64,000 nucleotides of DNA from Cycas panzhihuaensis (lineage: Eukaryota > Plantae > Cycadophyta). Below, one piece after another: positions 39,350 to 52,604 of the stretch (the first letter of the stretch is position 1; every line of letters starts with the position of its first letter). The notes under the pieces were generated by a model. That model was not told where the DNA came from, made no database searches, and worked only from the letters and a program-made list of their open reading frames with translations. The position numbers were made by a program, and so were the translations under genes. The DNA lies in contig CM041465.1 of assembly GCA_023213395.1 (NCBI GenBank), positions 12,710,001-12,774,000 of the forward strand, written 5' to 3'.

Positions 39350-42120
39350 TGCATATATAATCTAGTGATATAACATGGTAAGTAAAAGATAATATAAAGA
39401 AGTGGATACATACCTTTACTTACTTATCGCCATGATGTCCATGTCATTCCTGATAGCTAAGAAATACCTTCTTTCTACTAAATAGTAGGGACAACTAACT
39501 TTCTACCTAGGTGTCATGGCTAGATGAGAGAGGTTGTATTGAGCTTTTAAGTGTTTCTAAATAGGTAGTTGAAGGGTACTTATCCTTATAATATATTAAT
39601 ACATAAGGTGTGGACATTTGAGTGAACTTTATTTCTCCTATTAAGAGTGGTGGACTCTTTCTTCCTTCACCCTCTTATAGCTTAAGGTTTATTGTAATTA
39701 AATGTTGTCATTGCTAAGACACTCTTACATTTATGTGAGAGTCATCACTAATATTAGCAAGTCCCCATTAACTTATCCACGATTAGATCTATGTTATGGT
39801 CTTGATTTCTTTAGACCTCTTATTTTAGGCAACCCTTTCCATATCTCTTAGATTGAGTCCATCACTTTAGGGAAAGTAGGAGTTAAGGGGTTAGGATAGG
39901 TCAATCAACTTAGGAGGTTATAATTTCCATAGGATAGACATGTAGAAACATAAGAGTTATGGGCATTTATGCTTGATTAACCCCCTCACACTACAAGGCC
40001 ATTAGTATGTTATTTGGTCCTTCCAAGGATGCTAGCATTAGGTTGATTAATATTTTCTTAGTTGTTGTTAGCCCTTTATTCATCTCTTCTTTGTTGTTCA
40101 ATGCATATCTACTTCATTTACTTGCCTACACTATACTATTTATTGATTTATTATAGTTAACATAGTTCTTTGATTTTTGTTTTCACCTTCTCTTTGCATG
40201 TTATACCTACTTATAGGTTGTATTTAGTCATAAATAATTAATCTAGTGTTGTCCATCCCCATAACTATATATATGAAATATACAAGCACCCCATAGGTGG
40301 AAGATACTCATGTATTCCCTTACTCAGGTCCCCCTTACCCTTCATGCCTATTGTAAGGCAACAATTTGCATGTCCTCTCCTCCTGCTTGATTACAATGAC
40401 TGGTGACCATATTAGGAGACTTGCCTATAGGGTGTTGGCTTTACAATAGTTTGTTATATCCCTTTCCTATACCTTATTTTATCACTCTTAGTTAGACAAA
40501 GTTTCTATTCATTTTCTCATGGTTTATTGTGAGGATTCCTCACACTTTTCCCTTACTCTTATAGCCTAAGTGCATGTCACCCCTTCTCTCCATCCTTTCC
40601 TCCATTCTCTTTCACCTTTTCCTCTCATATGTGATGGTTCTCTCTCTATATTTGAAGCCTTTCCCTACTTAAACCTTATCTAATTAGTCAACTTACTTCC
40701 TTACCTAATGAGTAGCCCTTGATAATGGGCCAACCTCCTCCCAAGAGGTCCTAGGACCTATTCTATTCTTATTCATCATACTAACCCTGATACCATTACC
40801 AAGCATAGGCTCTATATTAGGCCTACACCCAAGATTGGTCCTAGTATACCAATTATTACCCTCCTCAATTTCCTTATCAATAAGATGTTGATTATGCCCA
40901 CCAAACCTATGAGGTTGAAGGGTTCTATCGAAACCCTATAGACTCCTCTATGCATATGATTAGAGCTACCTAGCCTCAAGATCCTTATGAGGTCCTAAAT
41001 CCATTACATCAAACCTTTTCCTTTTATCATCTTTAATATAATGAGTAGATTTTAGATCTGTTCCAAACCCAAAATATAGCTTATGATATTGTGGTTTCTT
41101 TAAGGGATTAGTTCAAGGTAGTTATAATAGAGACTACTCCTACTTTGGTATGTTGCTTAGTTTCTAGTAGCCCTTCCTCTACCTTGACCATCCTAGCTCC
41201 AAATTGGTCTAGATAGCCTCAAGACATCTCTTAAATAATTGCCCAAGTTATCCCTCCATCCACCTAGCCTCAGTTGATAGCAACTCAATCTATAAGACCT
41301 TTGTTTGGAGTAGTCTCCCAACCTTCACCGATTATATCCCAACTTGGGCCCTCTTTTCCCCCTTTTGTTCCTCTGTCAGTCAATATTTATACTTCCATTC
41401 CCTAGTTGAGTGATACTTAGATGCCTTCCCCTCTCCCACCTATCCCACCACATCCTTGTTTCATATAGGAGTCCCTTGCCCTCCTTCTCATTAATACCAA
41501 TCTTATTCTTCCACTTTCATCCCTCATGTCTATATTACTTATTAGTGGGGGGAAGGTGGACCTTGTCCTTTGACCTATATGGGGTTACCCCTCAAATTAG
41601 AGGCCCATATGGGCAAAATCCTTACCCTCATCCTTCATTGTATTTTTTCCCACCTTATTAGTCTATCATACCTCAAGATGCTTTGACCTATCTGGTGCCA
41701 CCCACCTAGGCTTACGAAGCCCAACCTACTCCTCTTCTTATCCTACCTTATGTGTTAGTTCCTAAGGGAGCTACTATACAAGGTGATATATATTATCATA
41801 TGTCCCCTTTTATATAGATCTTTAGGCTATGTATGACCACATCCTCATTGACCTTACCCCTATGCATGAGTAGTAGCTTCATATATGGCTAGGAACATCC
41901 CTTAACCAAGTCATTAATACCATCCTTACTAATAAGGATATGGCTATTGTGGTACACCCTAAAACCAACTGATCTATCAGCCTCAACTTGGTTATACATG
42001 CTTTAATTCTCCAATTCAACTTGGGGTATATCCCTTCATTAACTATAAGGCTAGTCCCTTTTTGTTAGGATCTTGGAACTAACTTGCCTCCCCATTATAC
42101 TAAAGTACTTAAATTTAAGG
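39350..42120 (+). mobile_element. Degenerate Tat-like relic (5' UTR and gag N-terminus), plus strand
   Basis: Paralogue of 4950-7710; 42020-42120 aligns with gag 56620-56720. Confidence 0.7.
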
Positions 42121-43752
42121 GTACTTAGAAGTGTGCCTCTAGGGGGTCATTAAGATCTTAATACTCTTATCAATCATGAAGATCAATAAGTAAAAGGGCT
42201 AAGAGCATGAAATAAAGTGAAGCTACCCTCAAAGGGAATCCACGTGTCATAACATAGATCTAAGGACCTGCAACTATGCATTACCTTTTCTCTCTCCTTT
42301 AAGTAATCTTCTTGATGTGAGTGGTAGGAAAAATCTATCCTCGGGTCATCGAGAAGCCTAGTTGGGGCTCTCCTACCCTCAAGGATAGAAAAGAAGCAAA
42401 GAGGTATCCTTTCATGAAAGGAAATAAGAAGAAGTGGTTCCTTCTGGAAAAAGAATCATGGAAGCAAAAAAACTAGTTTTAAATGGTTTAAGTAGTTGTT
42501 TAAGAGAGAGTTGTCCCTAGAGGCTAGGGTTTTGAGTGCAAATAAGAAAAGACGGGGATGCTGTTATGAACAACTCCTCTTAATTAAGTTTCTTTGTTGT
42601 TCTTATGAAGTAACAAATGAGTTTAAATAATTTACTTATCTGTGCTTATGTTAGTGGCCAACACTCTCCTATCTCCAGAAGGAGAAGGAGAGGTGAAGGT
42701 CTTCGCCTTGGAAAGAGGGGCAGAAGTAAAAAGGGAGAGCTCCTTTTAGAAAAGGAAGCATCAACATAAGTGAGGAAGTAAAACAATGATAGTTTGGAAT
42801 AATGTATTTATGACCTAGAGGGTAACCCTTAGGGGTTGGGGTTTTAGTGTTGAAATTGTAAAATGGAGAGAATGTTGGAACCATCCAATTACAACTAGGT
42901 TGTAAACTCTTCTTGAGTTGCAAGAAGAACAAAGGTGTTTCTTATGTTTATAATTTTTGTTTTATTATGGTAAGGTCTAGTTTTATGCAATAATGGATGT
43001 ACAATTTACAAAATGAAACAAACATTTAAATAAGTGTACAACTCTCTTTCTTTCTCTCCCTCACTTTCTTTCCCTTTTCATCTAAGGTTTAGGGTTGGGA
43101 TGTGAGAAAGATGTTGTGAGAGAATGTTGCCATGATTACTATCTAACTAAGTTTCTTTTCTATTTTACTCAAAAGCAATAAGTAGAAATAAAAATGTAAT
43201 GTAAGTTTCTTATCTATGCATGAAGACAACTTACAACATTTTATTGATTTCTTTTCAAATGCAACATGAGAGAGGATATGCAAGTTTTTCCTTAACATGC
43301 CTATGTTATATTTCTTCTATGTGCAAATGCATATGCATAAAAAGGAGGAAACCAATGTCTTTTTATTTACAACTTTTCTCTTTAGAGAAGGAAGAGAGGA
43401 AAAGGTAATAAGAGGAGGGGCTTGAAAGAGTGCACTTAGTTCCATGACATTTGGTGGTATAGCACAATCCTCCTTTTCATGCCTCCCTTATTGGTGCCTT
43501 TGTTTCCTTTGATTATTATGAATGTTATTGGGGATGGAGAGGGGGGCTCTCTTACCTTCCTCCAAACTCTAAGTGGGGCTTCCTTACCTTCCCTAAAAGC
43601 TTCTTAATGAAAGTAGAAAGAGGAAGGAAATGAAAGAAAAACAAACTTGGAGCAAAAAAGTGTTACCTTTTGGCAATGCACCACCTTGCTTGCAAATGAA
43701 AAGTCCTCCACCTATGTCACAAAGGTAACAAACCTTCTATAAGAAAAATATG

Positions 43753-43805
43753 CATACATACATACATACATAGATACATACATACATATATACATATATA
43801 TATAT
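43753..43805. repeat. (CATA)n/(TA)n microsatellite
   Basis: Direct reading. Confidence 0.85.
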
Positions 43806-45041
43806 CTTAATGGGATAACATTGGTATATTTTTTTCTAATCATATGATAACAAAACACAAATAAAATATCGCTTTTCTTTTTAACTATCTTATATATAAT
43901 AATCAAGAAGCATATGGAGAGAAAGAGATGGGGGTATTGCCTTAAGATGACAAGCTCCTTTATGTGACGGTGTTTTCTAAATGGTAATGGATAACTCGCA
44001 TTTGGGTGGTGATTTAGTAGAATGGTTTGAGAGAGAGAATGGAGTTATTGATGGGTTTTAAAATTTCACAAACAACAAATGTTGCACATGCTAAAGAAGG
44101 GTATGGTAAGGTGCCTCAAAGTATGGAGGGGGTTACCCAAATGAAAGTAAGCTTCTAGAGTTAGAAGTCAAGCCTATGGATCTTCCCTCAAACTCCCTTG
44201 GCTAGTTAGGCCCTCCTACCTTCATTAACTAGTGGTTTTGTAGGTGAACTGGTGGTTTGATGATGAGAAGGAGGTGTTGCCTCCTCATTTTGGCCAAAAG
44301 GGCTCTCAAATCTATGTGTAGTTATTTTTTTATCATAAAATTAAGGTTGTATGAGTTAAAGACAAGGAAAACATAACCAATATATATAGATAAATAAGGA
44401 AAATTAATACAAAATAGATCTACTTATCAAAGAAATAAGTTTATTTATGAAAAAGATGATGATTTTATGGTGAAAGGTAACCTTTTTAAAGAGAAACCTA
44501 GGTTAAATTTTAAAGATGAAGAGCTCCTTAGCTAGTTTTCTTACTTGGGGAGATCCTTAAGCTTCCTTTATTCTAGTTTCCTCTTCTCTTAGCTATCCTT
44601 TCACTTTTTTTTTTGCCTTACTATCAAGAAAATGCTATGAGACCTATGTTGGAGTCAGTTGCTTGAGAAAAAGAGAGTTTAGGAGATGGCAAGTCAGGAC
44701 CATTAGGCCTCGATCTAGGCAAGTCCCAAGGCCAAATCTCATGTCAGGGGGGCTATTAATGCCAAAACTAACTGTTTCTAGCTGTGGATAATAGTATAAC
44801 AGTCACCCCATGAATGTATTTGCAACACCACTAATATATTTGTAGTGTTGTGAATATATTAGCAGGGCACAACTATCAAGGCATGATGGATAGAAAATGT
44901 AGTAGGGCTGCAATAGAGTCTTAAAACTAATAAACGATTAATTAAAAAAACATTATAAACTTTAATAAAAGTGAAGAAAAGAGGAGGAAGTAACAACAAA
45001 GGCTTGTAATTCCTTTTCGAATGATGAATCCATCGATTCAA

Positions 45042-45299
45042 GATTGGTTAGGGGCATTCCAAACAATGGAAATATCCATGAAACAAAGAGAAATAGGCCA
45101 GAATCTCAAGGAAGTGGTGTTGGATGGTAGAAACTAGTAGAAACAAATTAATAAACCTCATACGGGATGGGATTGGTTAGGGGCTTGCCAAACAATGGAA
45201 ATATCCATGAAACAAAGAGAAATAGGCCAGAATCTCTAAGAAGTGGTGCTAGATGGCAGAAACCAGTAGAAACAAATAAATAAACCTCATACAAGATGA
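45042..45299 (+). repeat. 129-bp tandem repeat, two copies
   Basis: gattggttaggggc...ataaacctcatac begins at 45042 and 45171. Confidence 0.92.
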
Positions 45300-46260
45300 G
45301 AAAAGGGGGTGCATCTTCCTATGGGAGACCTCAACAACTCTTCTTAGTATACCAAGGAATAAACAAGGTATAACAAAAGGGAAATATGTGACTAAAAGGC
45401 ATGACATGAGTTGAAAATCATATAAATTGAGCTACAAAAACCTGTGAGTACCCATAACCAAGAGAGAAATCACCATGGGAGTTGTATGTTGTCATTGGAC
45501 TAGAGTCTTGGTCATCATAGGCAAAGAACATACACACAAGTAAGGAGTCAAGCAGGTAGCTTAGGCAACCAAACATTCATACAATCATTACACATCTTAA
45601 TAATAAAAAAAAATGTAACAAAGTGAAAAGGAAAGAATATATACCTAATCTTACTTATATGGTATCATCCTAATCCATTCCTAGTAGCTGAGAAACACTA
45701 CCACGTTGGCAACAAAACCTCATCACTCAGAAGCACTAGATAATGGTGAATGCTATCAACAAAAACCTATCAATAAAAGCATATCTAGAGCTAGTATGTT
45801 GGTGATGAAGGTAGGTAATGGGTGTTGTGATGGATTGCATGGATGAGAGATATATGTTTGGGGGGATGAAAGAGAGGCATGGCTCAGTCAAACCTCTAGG
45901 TACAGAGCCCTAGGCCTAAAACACACATGAAATGAAGGCAAAGCAACCTAGGGGGATGGCCAAGGTGGAACCTAGCTAGGTAACATGACCCTAAAGAGTA
46001 AGGTAGGATTAGAATTCTAGAGAGAAATTAAAGGAATAAAAAGGAGAAGAAGATGAGGGTATACCTCATCAATCAAATATATAATAAAAATTAAGTCAAA
46101 AATACAATAAAAACTAGATCATGGATGATGCAAAAATTAAATTAGAAGGCATGATATTAGTCACCATAGTTTAACCTCATCAACGACCTCTTTTCAAAGG
46201 TAAAGGAGTGATAATAAAAGAAAAATGGTTGTTAAAAGGTTTCTGAAGAGGGTCAACTTA

Positions 46261-46688
46261 TTAGGTTGCTAAGGTGTTATCTAAGATCTGGAGACAATGA
46301 TCAAGAATGAGGTGAACTAAGCCATCTACTTCAATATTTTGATCACGAAGGATGCATCGGATGTTTACCAAAGGGAAAGAAGATAAGAGAGACCTCACGG
46401 TCAAAGTGAGGGACCTCAATCGAGGGAAAAAGACTTGGTAAACTTGAGTCAACTATGACAGTATGACCTAATAATTATAATGGAGAATGATAGGACCATA
46501 ATAGAAGTGAAGTGTGTCAGTAAGGGCCTTAATAATAGTGGTATACTCTACTTTATTATTTATGGCTTCAGGAAGGTATCTCCTAGAATGTATGAGGTCA
46601 TGTCCGAAAGGATCATGAATGATCCAGGCGACCGTAGAGGGTCCTAGGTTGCCCGATTATCGCCATTAGTATAGACTAGGAGAACCAT
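46261..46688 (-). pseudogene. Stand-alone archaeal-type RNase HI (aRH) domain, decayed
   Basis: MVLLVYTNG../GNLGPSTVAWII (cf. YTDGASRGNPGP, one frameshift); EAINNKVEYTTIIKAL (cf. TNNxAEY); YQV..PRL..VRSLLSSFPLVNIRCILRDQNIEVDGLV (cf. HIxRExNxxADxLA). Confidence 0.85.
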
Positions 46689-47920
46689 GGTGTAGGAGAA
46701 GAATAAGACTTTAAAAGAAAAAAACGAAATATATGACATAGAAGAAAAGGAGGGTTAGTAAAGATCAATAGCTTACGATACCTCAAAAGGTTGACCATGG
46801 GAGGATAGGAGAGCCCTATGAGTAGGCTAACAAGCTTGCAAAGGGCTCACCTTATGGAGAAGAGCCATTAGGGGAATGAGCTTACTAATGGGGTTATAAG
46901 GTTGGTGCAAGACTGACTAGGAGACTCAAAGAAGAGGGAAGGATCCACTAGGAGCTTTAACAGGTTGAAATAACCACAAAAATAGACACGATGCACTAAA
47001 ATGAGCCTATGGGGTATAAACACCAATAATGTTTTGATCGGTCAGAGGAACATAGGAAAAAGGCTCATATAAAAGCCAAAAGGGGCACCATTAATACATG
47101 AAACAATTAGAGAAAAGAGCATCTAGAGGCAAAAATAAGCCAAGACCTTGTAGAGACTAAGAATAGGCTTGAAAAAGTGATCTAGGTGACTCTTTCAGGA
47201 TGGAGAAAGAGCATGGTACCCCAGGTAGCCTCACAAATAAAAAGGGGACAAAGGGATGAAAACAAAATTCATTTTCATACCTTGTCGATCATTTAGGAGA
47301 GAAAAAACTTCTACCACCCCTAATTTACCACCTTGTCACACACCTTGTAAAGGAGATTCAACCATCAAATCACCTCATAAAGAGAGTCATTAGGTTTAGC
47401 ATCAAGTGACAACAGTAATTATGCTAGATCTAGTTTGCCAATCTAGAGCCTAACCCCAATTTCTTGTAATTTTTATTAAATGCTTTTAAATGCTAGGCAA
47501 GGAAACTTATGGGAAATTCTAGGCCCCCTGAGACTTGTTTGTAGATCTAGAAGGGGTTGGACTAGGGGATTAGGGATCCCTAGTCCTAGTGGACTAGGTC
47601 TAGTCCACTAGAAATTTAAAAAATTATTTTAATTTTGTTATTTTTTAAATTTTATCTGGGGATATCCTAGCCTCACAAACTTATTCGTGGTGCTGCAGAC
47701 ATTCCCACGGGGTGGAGTAATATGTCCATAGGGCCTGCTAATGTATTTGTGATCCCGTGAATATATTAGCAAGGCCAGGGCAAAAAAGAGGAAAAAAGAA
47801 AAAAAATTAAGTTTTTAATTAATTCTTGTGAGGATTACAATAGTTTGGTTATCTGGGAGAGGGCCTAACTTTTTAGAAATGTGAATGGTTAACTAGTAAT
47901 AGTGTTTTGATGTTTTGCAG

Positions 47921-49760
47921 CCCATTATCATGGTCAATAACTATAAGAACTGAGGCTCACCCATGGTCAGATTTATAGCATTGATGGATAGACATGAGAA
48001 GGTGACTCTAAGGTGATGAAGGCTATTGAAGATTGTTCGTATGCCCCAATACACTTTAAATCATGACTTTCTATTGGATATTATATCACACTGAGACTGG
48101 AAGAGACATGTTTTTCACCTCCCATTAGTGGGAGATGTCACAATCACCCCTTCCAATGTTTTGAGGATCATGAGGGTTCCAACTAGCAATGCACCAGTAG
48201 TGTTGGGGACCCTACCCAACATAGATATAACTCACCATGAGGAAACTAGATATTTCACTGGTAGGGGTGCTTAGGATAGGAGGGACATCTCATTGAGAGT
48301 TGTCATCATGTCAAGGATTCCTTATGTGAGGAAGTTAATCATACTTACCATTATGTTCCATATTTCTTAAAAATAGAACTATAGAGAGGTCCCTAGTAGC
48401 TGAATGACTAATGTTAGGAGGTGTGAGGAGGGAGAGCACTTTAATTAGGTTGCTTTAATAATAGTCAACCTTATAGTATAGCTTGACCATATTAGGGTGG
48501 CTAGATGAGGCAGAGTCTCATTTTGCTTCCTACTTCAATGCTAGTTTTCTTACCACTTTAGGGGAGTGGTTCCAGTAGTAGGACCTTAGCCCATAGTAGC
48601 CATCGCTCCACTAATCCATAGGTGATAGACATATTTCTAGAGTACAGGGGAGCCAACCCATGTTAGGTGATTAGTAGCTGCTATCTCTCTCAATCTCTTT
48701 ATAGTGGAGGAGTATGTGAGAGACCCATACCATGTCATGCACTGGGAGAGTGATGTAGAGGAGGGAGAGGTAAGAGGGTCCCTGAGAGAGGAGTCAAGAG
48801 ACAAGGAGAGAGCTAGAGCTACTACTGACAACCCAAAGGAGGATGCAACACTCACAGTTGTCGTAGATGTAGTTTTAGCCATAAGAGGAGTAGGGATTAT
48901 TGGGGCATAGGAGGCTAAAGAAGGCAATGCGCGAGGCACTCCAGGGGAGATAGAAGTAGAGGAGGCAGTGACTACAACTGAGGGTAAGGTAGTTGGAGAG
49001 GTGCTAACTATTCCAGGAGGTGAGATCCCCACATTTTCCTAGCTTTAGCTTCTAACTTAGTCATTTGATTAACATAGCTTACTTATAGTATTTATTTGAT
49101 ATGCTTTATATATTTTAGATACTAATAGATTTTGCATACATCCCACACTAACACCTTGATGTATATGGCTGGCAAGTGGAGAGGATATGGATGAGCTAGT
49201 TAGGTAGGTGATAGCAGAGCTATTCTTATACATATATGAGGAGGGATAACCTCCTATCATAAATAGTGAGGATCCATAATTGGTAGGGTACCACATAACA
49301 ACAATCACTCCTCTCATATAAATACAAGATATGTGGGCTATGGAGGCCCAAGAGCACCAAGCGAGAGAGGACCAACTCCAGAGAGAGAGGGAATAATTAT
49401 GAGCTCAAGTGTAGGTGTTAGAGGCCCATAGAGGAGGAGTAGGAGATACTAGGGGTGATGTGAGGGTTTTTTTGGGGTAAAGAGATAGCTAGCATCCACC
49501 CTTAGAGAGAGAGACTGGGTGCTAAGGGAGAGAGACTGGCTACAGGAGCAGTATGATCAACTAGTTGACTAGATCGCTACTCAGTCCTCATGTAGTAGGA
49601 CTCATACAATGACGCCAACCCAGTAGAGGGTAAGGGATGAAGAGAGTAAGGCTAAGACCTTGCAGAGGAGGAGAAGGGGCCTAAGAAGGATGTGGTCTCT
49701 AAGCAAGGGAGTTAGCATACTAGGAGAAGATATACCATGAGGATCCCATACCTTTATGGG
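47921..49760 (+). pseudogene. Plant mobile domain (PMD, aminotransferase-like) ORF antisense to pol, with acidic linker and coiled-coil tail
   Basis: From 48041 MPQYTLNHDFLLDIISH*DWKRHVFHLPLVGDVTITPSNVLRIMRVP (cf. W...HTFHLPxGEMTITLxDVxxLLGLP); later HFN*..LI.NL...LD and FLLQC*F; acceptor ttttgcag at 47913-47920. Confidence 0.78.
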
Positions 49761-50606
49761 GCTATAACATCATAGATTTTAATGAGAAGAAAGCTTTGGA
49801 CCTCCAGGGGTTCCATACCACATGTATATGATTGTACCCCCCCAACAAGGATTATAGCTTCCTAAGGTACATCATGTTGACATTTGTACTATTGTTGATC
49901 ACACATGTATAAAGACAGGATTGTATGAGTACCCTATTTTGCCTTACATTACTTAATATTTTGATTATGGTTACTTGTTTTAGTTACAGGTGCTTATTTT
50001 AGCTATGGATATGAATATGGATGTATGAATGCATAGATGGTTGTATAATTGTGTATTAGTTTCATTTGATTATGCATGTTTCACATGCTCTATTTACATA
50101 ATATGGCACTCATGTTGGGCACACAAGATCACCTTTGTATTTTAGGCAATATCGTATAGTCCTAGGGTGAGTGGATCATGCTTCCCTTAGATGGAAAGTA
50201 GTAATCTAGATACAAAAGAGAACAAGAATGGGTATAGATACCCTAAGAGCAGTAAAAAGGAGACATAATCTATCTCTAAGGGGGGTCTTCCCTAGGCAGT
50301 AACTGATGCTTAGGAGTAGGTATAGTTACTTCCCAAAGAAGGAGCTAAACATGAGTCAAGAAAACATGCAAATGTTGTGACACATTTACCCTTGACTTAA
50401 AAACTAAAAGGAGGGCTCTATTCATTGAGGAGGATGGATGACACCTTTAGAAGAAGTATGGCCATCTTCCCAACACACAGAGTCATTAGAAGCTCAAATG
50501 ACCATTGTTCCCCCAATGAGGGTCACCAACATTGTATTCAAAAGGGTAGTTTAGGCTCATTTCAGAGTGAAGGAGAAGCTTCTATTGTAATTGAAAGTAC
50601 AAGGAA

Positions 50607-52604
50607 TTACCCATAGAATTTCTTTAGGAATTTTCCATTTATATATTTATCAAATTCAATCCCTTCTAATGTGGCTATCTGATAGGCCCCGTTGTCAAGG
50701 CTTTTGAGAATGAAAAAGGGCCCACCCACTTGGGGCCAAATTTAAATAAGTAGTCATAAAGATACTCTAACTTGAGGACTTGGTTTATAAGGTTCAAAGG
50801 GAGAGGATGTAGACATTTGTCATATATCCTTTGAGCCCTAGATTTGGATGTGATGTTAGCCTAGTATGCATCCAAAAATTTCTCATCCAAAGCCTCAAGA
50901 TCAAGGAGGCAGGCTTGATGGTACCATTCCTTGTTGATAAAATCTTGAAGGGATACCTTTAAGGAAGGAATTTTGACCTTTAGGGGCAAAACCATCTCAA
51001 TTCCATAGACTAAGGAGAAAGGTGTCATCAATATAGTAATGCAAATTAAGGTGTGATAGGGACATAGTGCTAAATAAAGTTGGATATGTAATCCCTTTGG
51101 GACTGGGTGATAGTTTTCTTTAGGATATTGATATGAGTCTTGTTAATTGATTTGATTTGGCCATTAGCCTAGGGGTAATGAGGGGACAAGGTCTTGTAAG
51201 AGATCTTAAATTTCTCATAAAGATCATTTATTTCCTTATTACAAAAGGGTATTCTGTTATTTGTGATTAGGACATCTAAGAATCTTAATTAGCAGATAAT
51301 ATACTGATAAATAAAGGTGGTAATTATCTTGTTTGTTGTAGATAATAATGATATTTCTTTGGCCCATTTAGTGAAGCATTTTATTGTACTTAAGATAAAT
51401 TTATGTTGTGAAGAAGAAGGCAGAGTGATGGCTCTAATAAGATCTAATCCCCATTGAGAAAAAGGCCATAGGGATACGATGGCATGCAATACCACAGAAG
51501 GCAAGTGTATCATATTGGCATGCTCTTGGCATTTACGACAACACTGCATATAGGCATGGACACCTTTAAACAAGGATGGCTAATAATAGCCCATGTAGAG
51601 GATTCTTTAGGCTATAGATTAGCCTTTAAAGTGGCCTCTACAAATGCCATTATGACACTCATGGAGGATCTAGTTGGTCTCCTCGGGGTTTACATAATAG
51701 AGGAGAACACCTTCAAAGGGCCGCTTGTATAATACATCCTGCATAAGGAAGTATTGCCAAGTGGTAGCCCTAATATGTGACTTCACTTTGTCACTTGCAC
51801 TAGAAGGGTATTGTTGTCAAGTAAGATACTATATAATATCCCCATACCATTGACTCTTGGCTAATGGATGGGGGGACAAATACTAGAGAGCTAATATGGA
51901 CTCATCTAGCAAAGAATCACTAACTATAACATCTAGAGGATTAGGGATAGGGTTGTCATCTCGTTGCTCTATGACTACCATCGCCTTCTTGGATTTCCTA
52001 TTAAGGATTTTAAGGTTGTATTCTTTCAAGAGGATGGCCCATTTTCTAGCCCTTCTTGTCAAGTCTAACCTAGTCAAAAGATATCTCAATGGATCAGATT
52101 GGATAATCATGTGAGTGGTATTACCTAAGAGGTAGTGCCTAAACTTCTTAACGGCATGGACTGAGGCTAGGCACTCCTTTTCAGCAAGTGGATAGTTTAG
52201 TTTTGCTACCACTAGAGTATGGCTAATGAAATAGACAACCCTCTCAACCTTAAAGTCATCCTCTTGGGCTAACATGGTTCCCAAGTATTCATTAGTCGTG
52301 GAAGTATATAAAATAAAAAGGCAGTCAAAGAGGGAGCGTTAATACAAGAGTAGATATAAGAGCTCACTTAAGCTCTTGAAAGGCTTCTTGGGCTTTAGGG
52401 GACTAGACGAATGGCACTCCCTTTTTCAACAAATTAGTAAATAGTTTGGCATTCATAGAAAAGTTAGCCAAGAAATACCTTAAGAAACCCAATCTCCCCA
52501 TAAACAACTTGATTTGTCTCTAGGTTCTTAGTGGGGCAATATTAATAATGGCTTTGACCTTATCTAGGTCAATATAAATTCCTTATTTAGAGATAAGGAA
52601 CCTA
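50607..52604 (-). pseudogene. Tat-like pol 3' part (RT thumb, RNase H, integrase), 5'-truncated
   Basis: AEKECLA..KKFRHYLL; WPFSQWGLDLI; ends FLKKFYG*; collinear with 60120-62125. Confidence 0.92.

Larger units (their letters stand above)
35468..42120 (+). repeat. Segmental duplication copy B (with extra TRIM and internal tandem duplication)
   Basis: Collinear with 1639-7710. Confidence 0.9.

Noticed and set aside
1639-42120. The two ~6-kb repeats as giant LTRs of one Ogre-like element
   Set aside because: They contain gag relics in both orientations, lack TG/CA ends with PBS or PPT, and no matching pol lies between them
42562-43135. Possible solo LTR beginning TGTTATGAAC
   Set aside because: No convincing right terminus or TSD found, and no similarity to the 250-bp LTRs beyond the first 10 bp
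46261-46688. Prokaryotic contamination or recent horizontal transfer of RNase HI
   Set aside because: Decayed with the same transition pattern as the flanking repeats, and archaeal-type RNase H is an established component of Tat-clade elements
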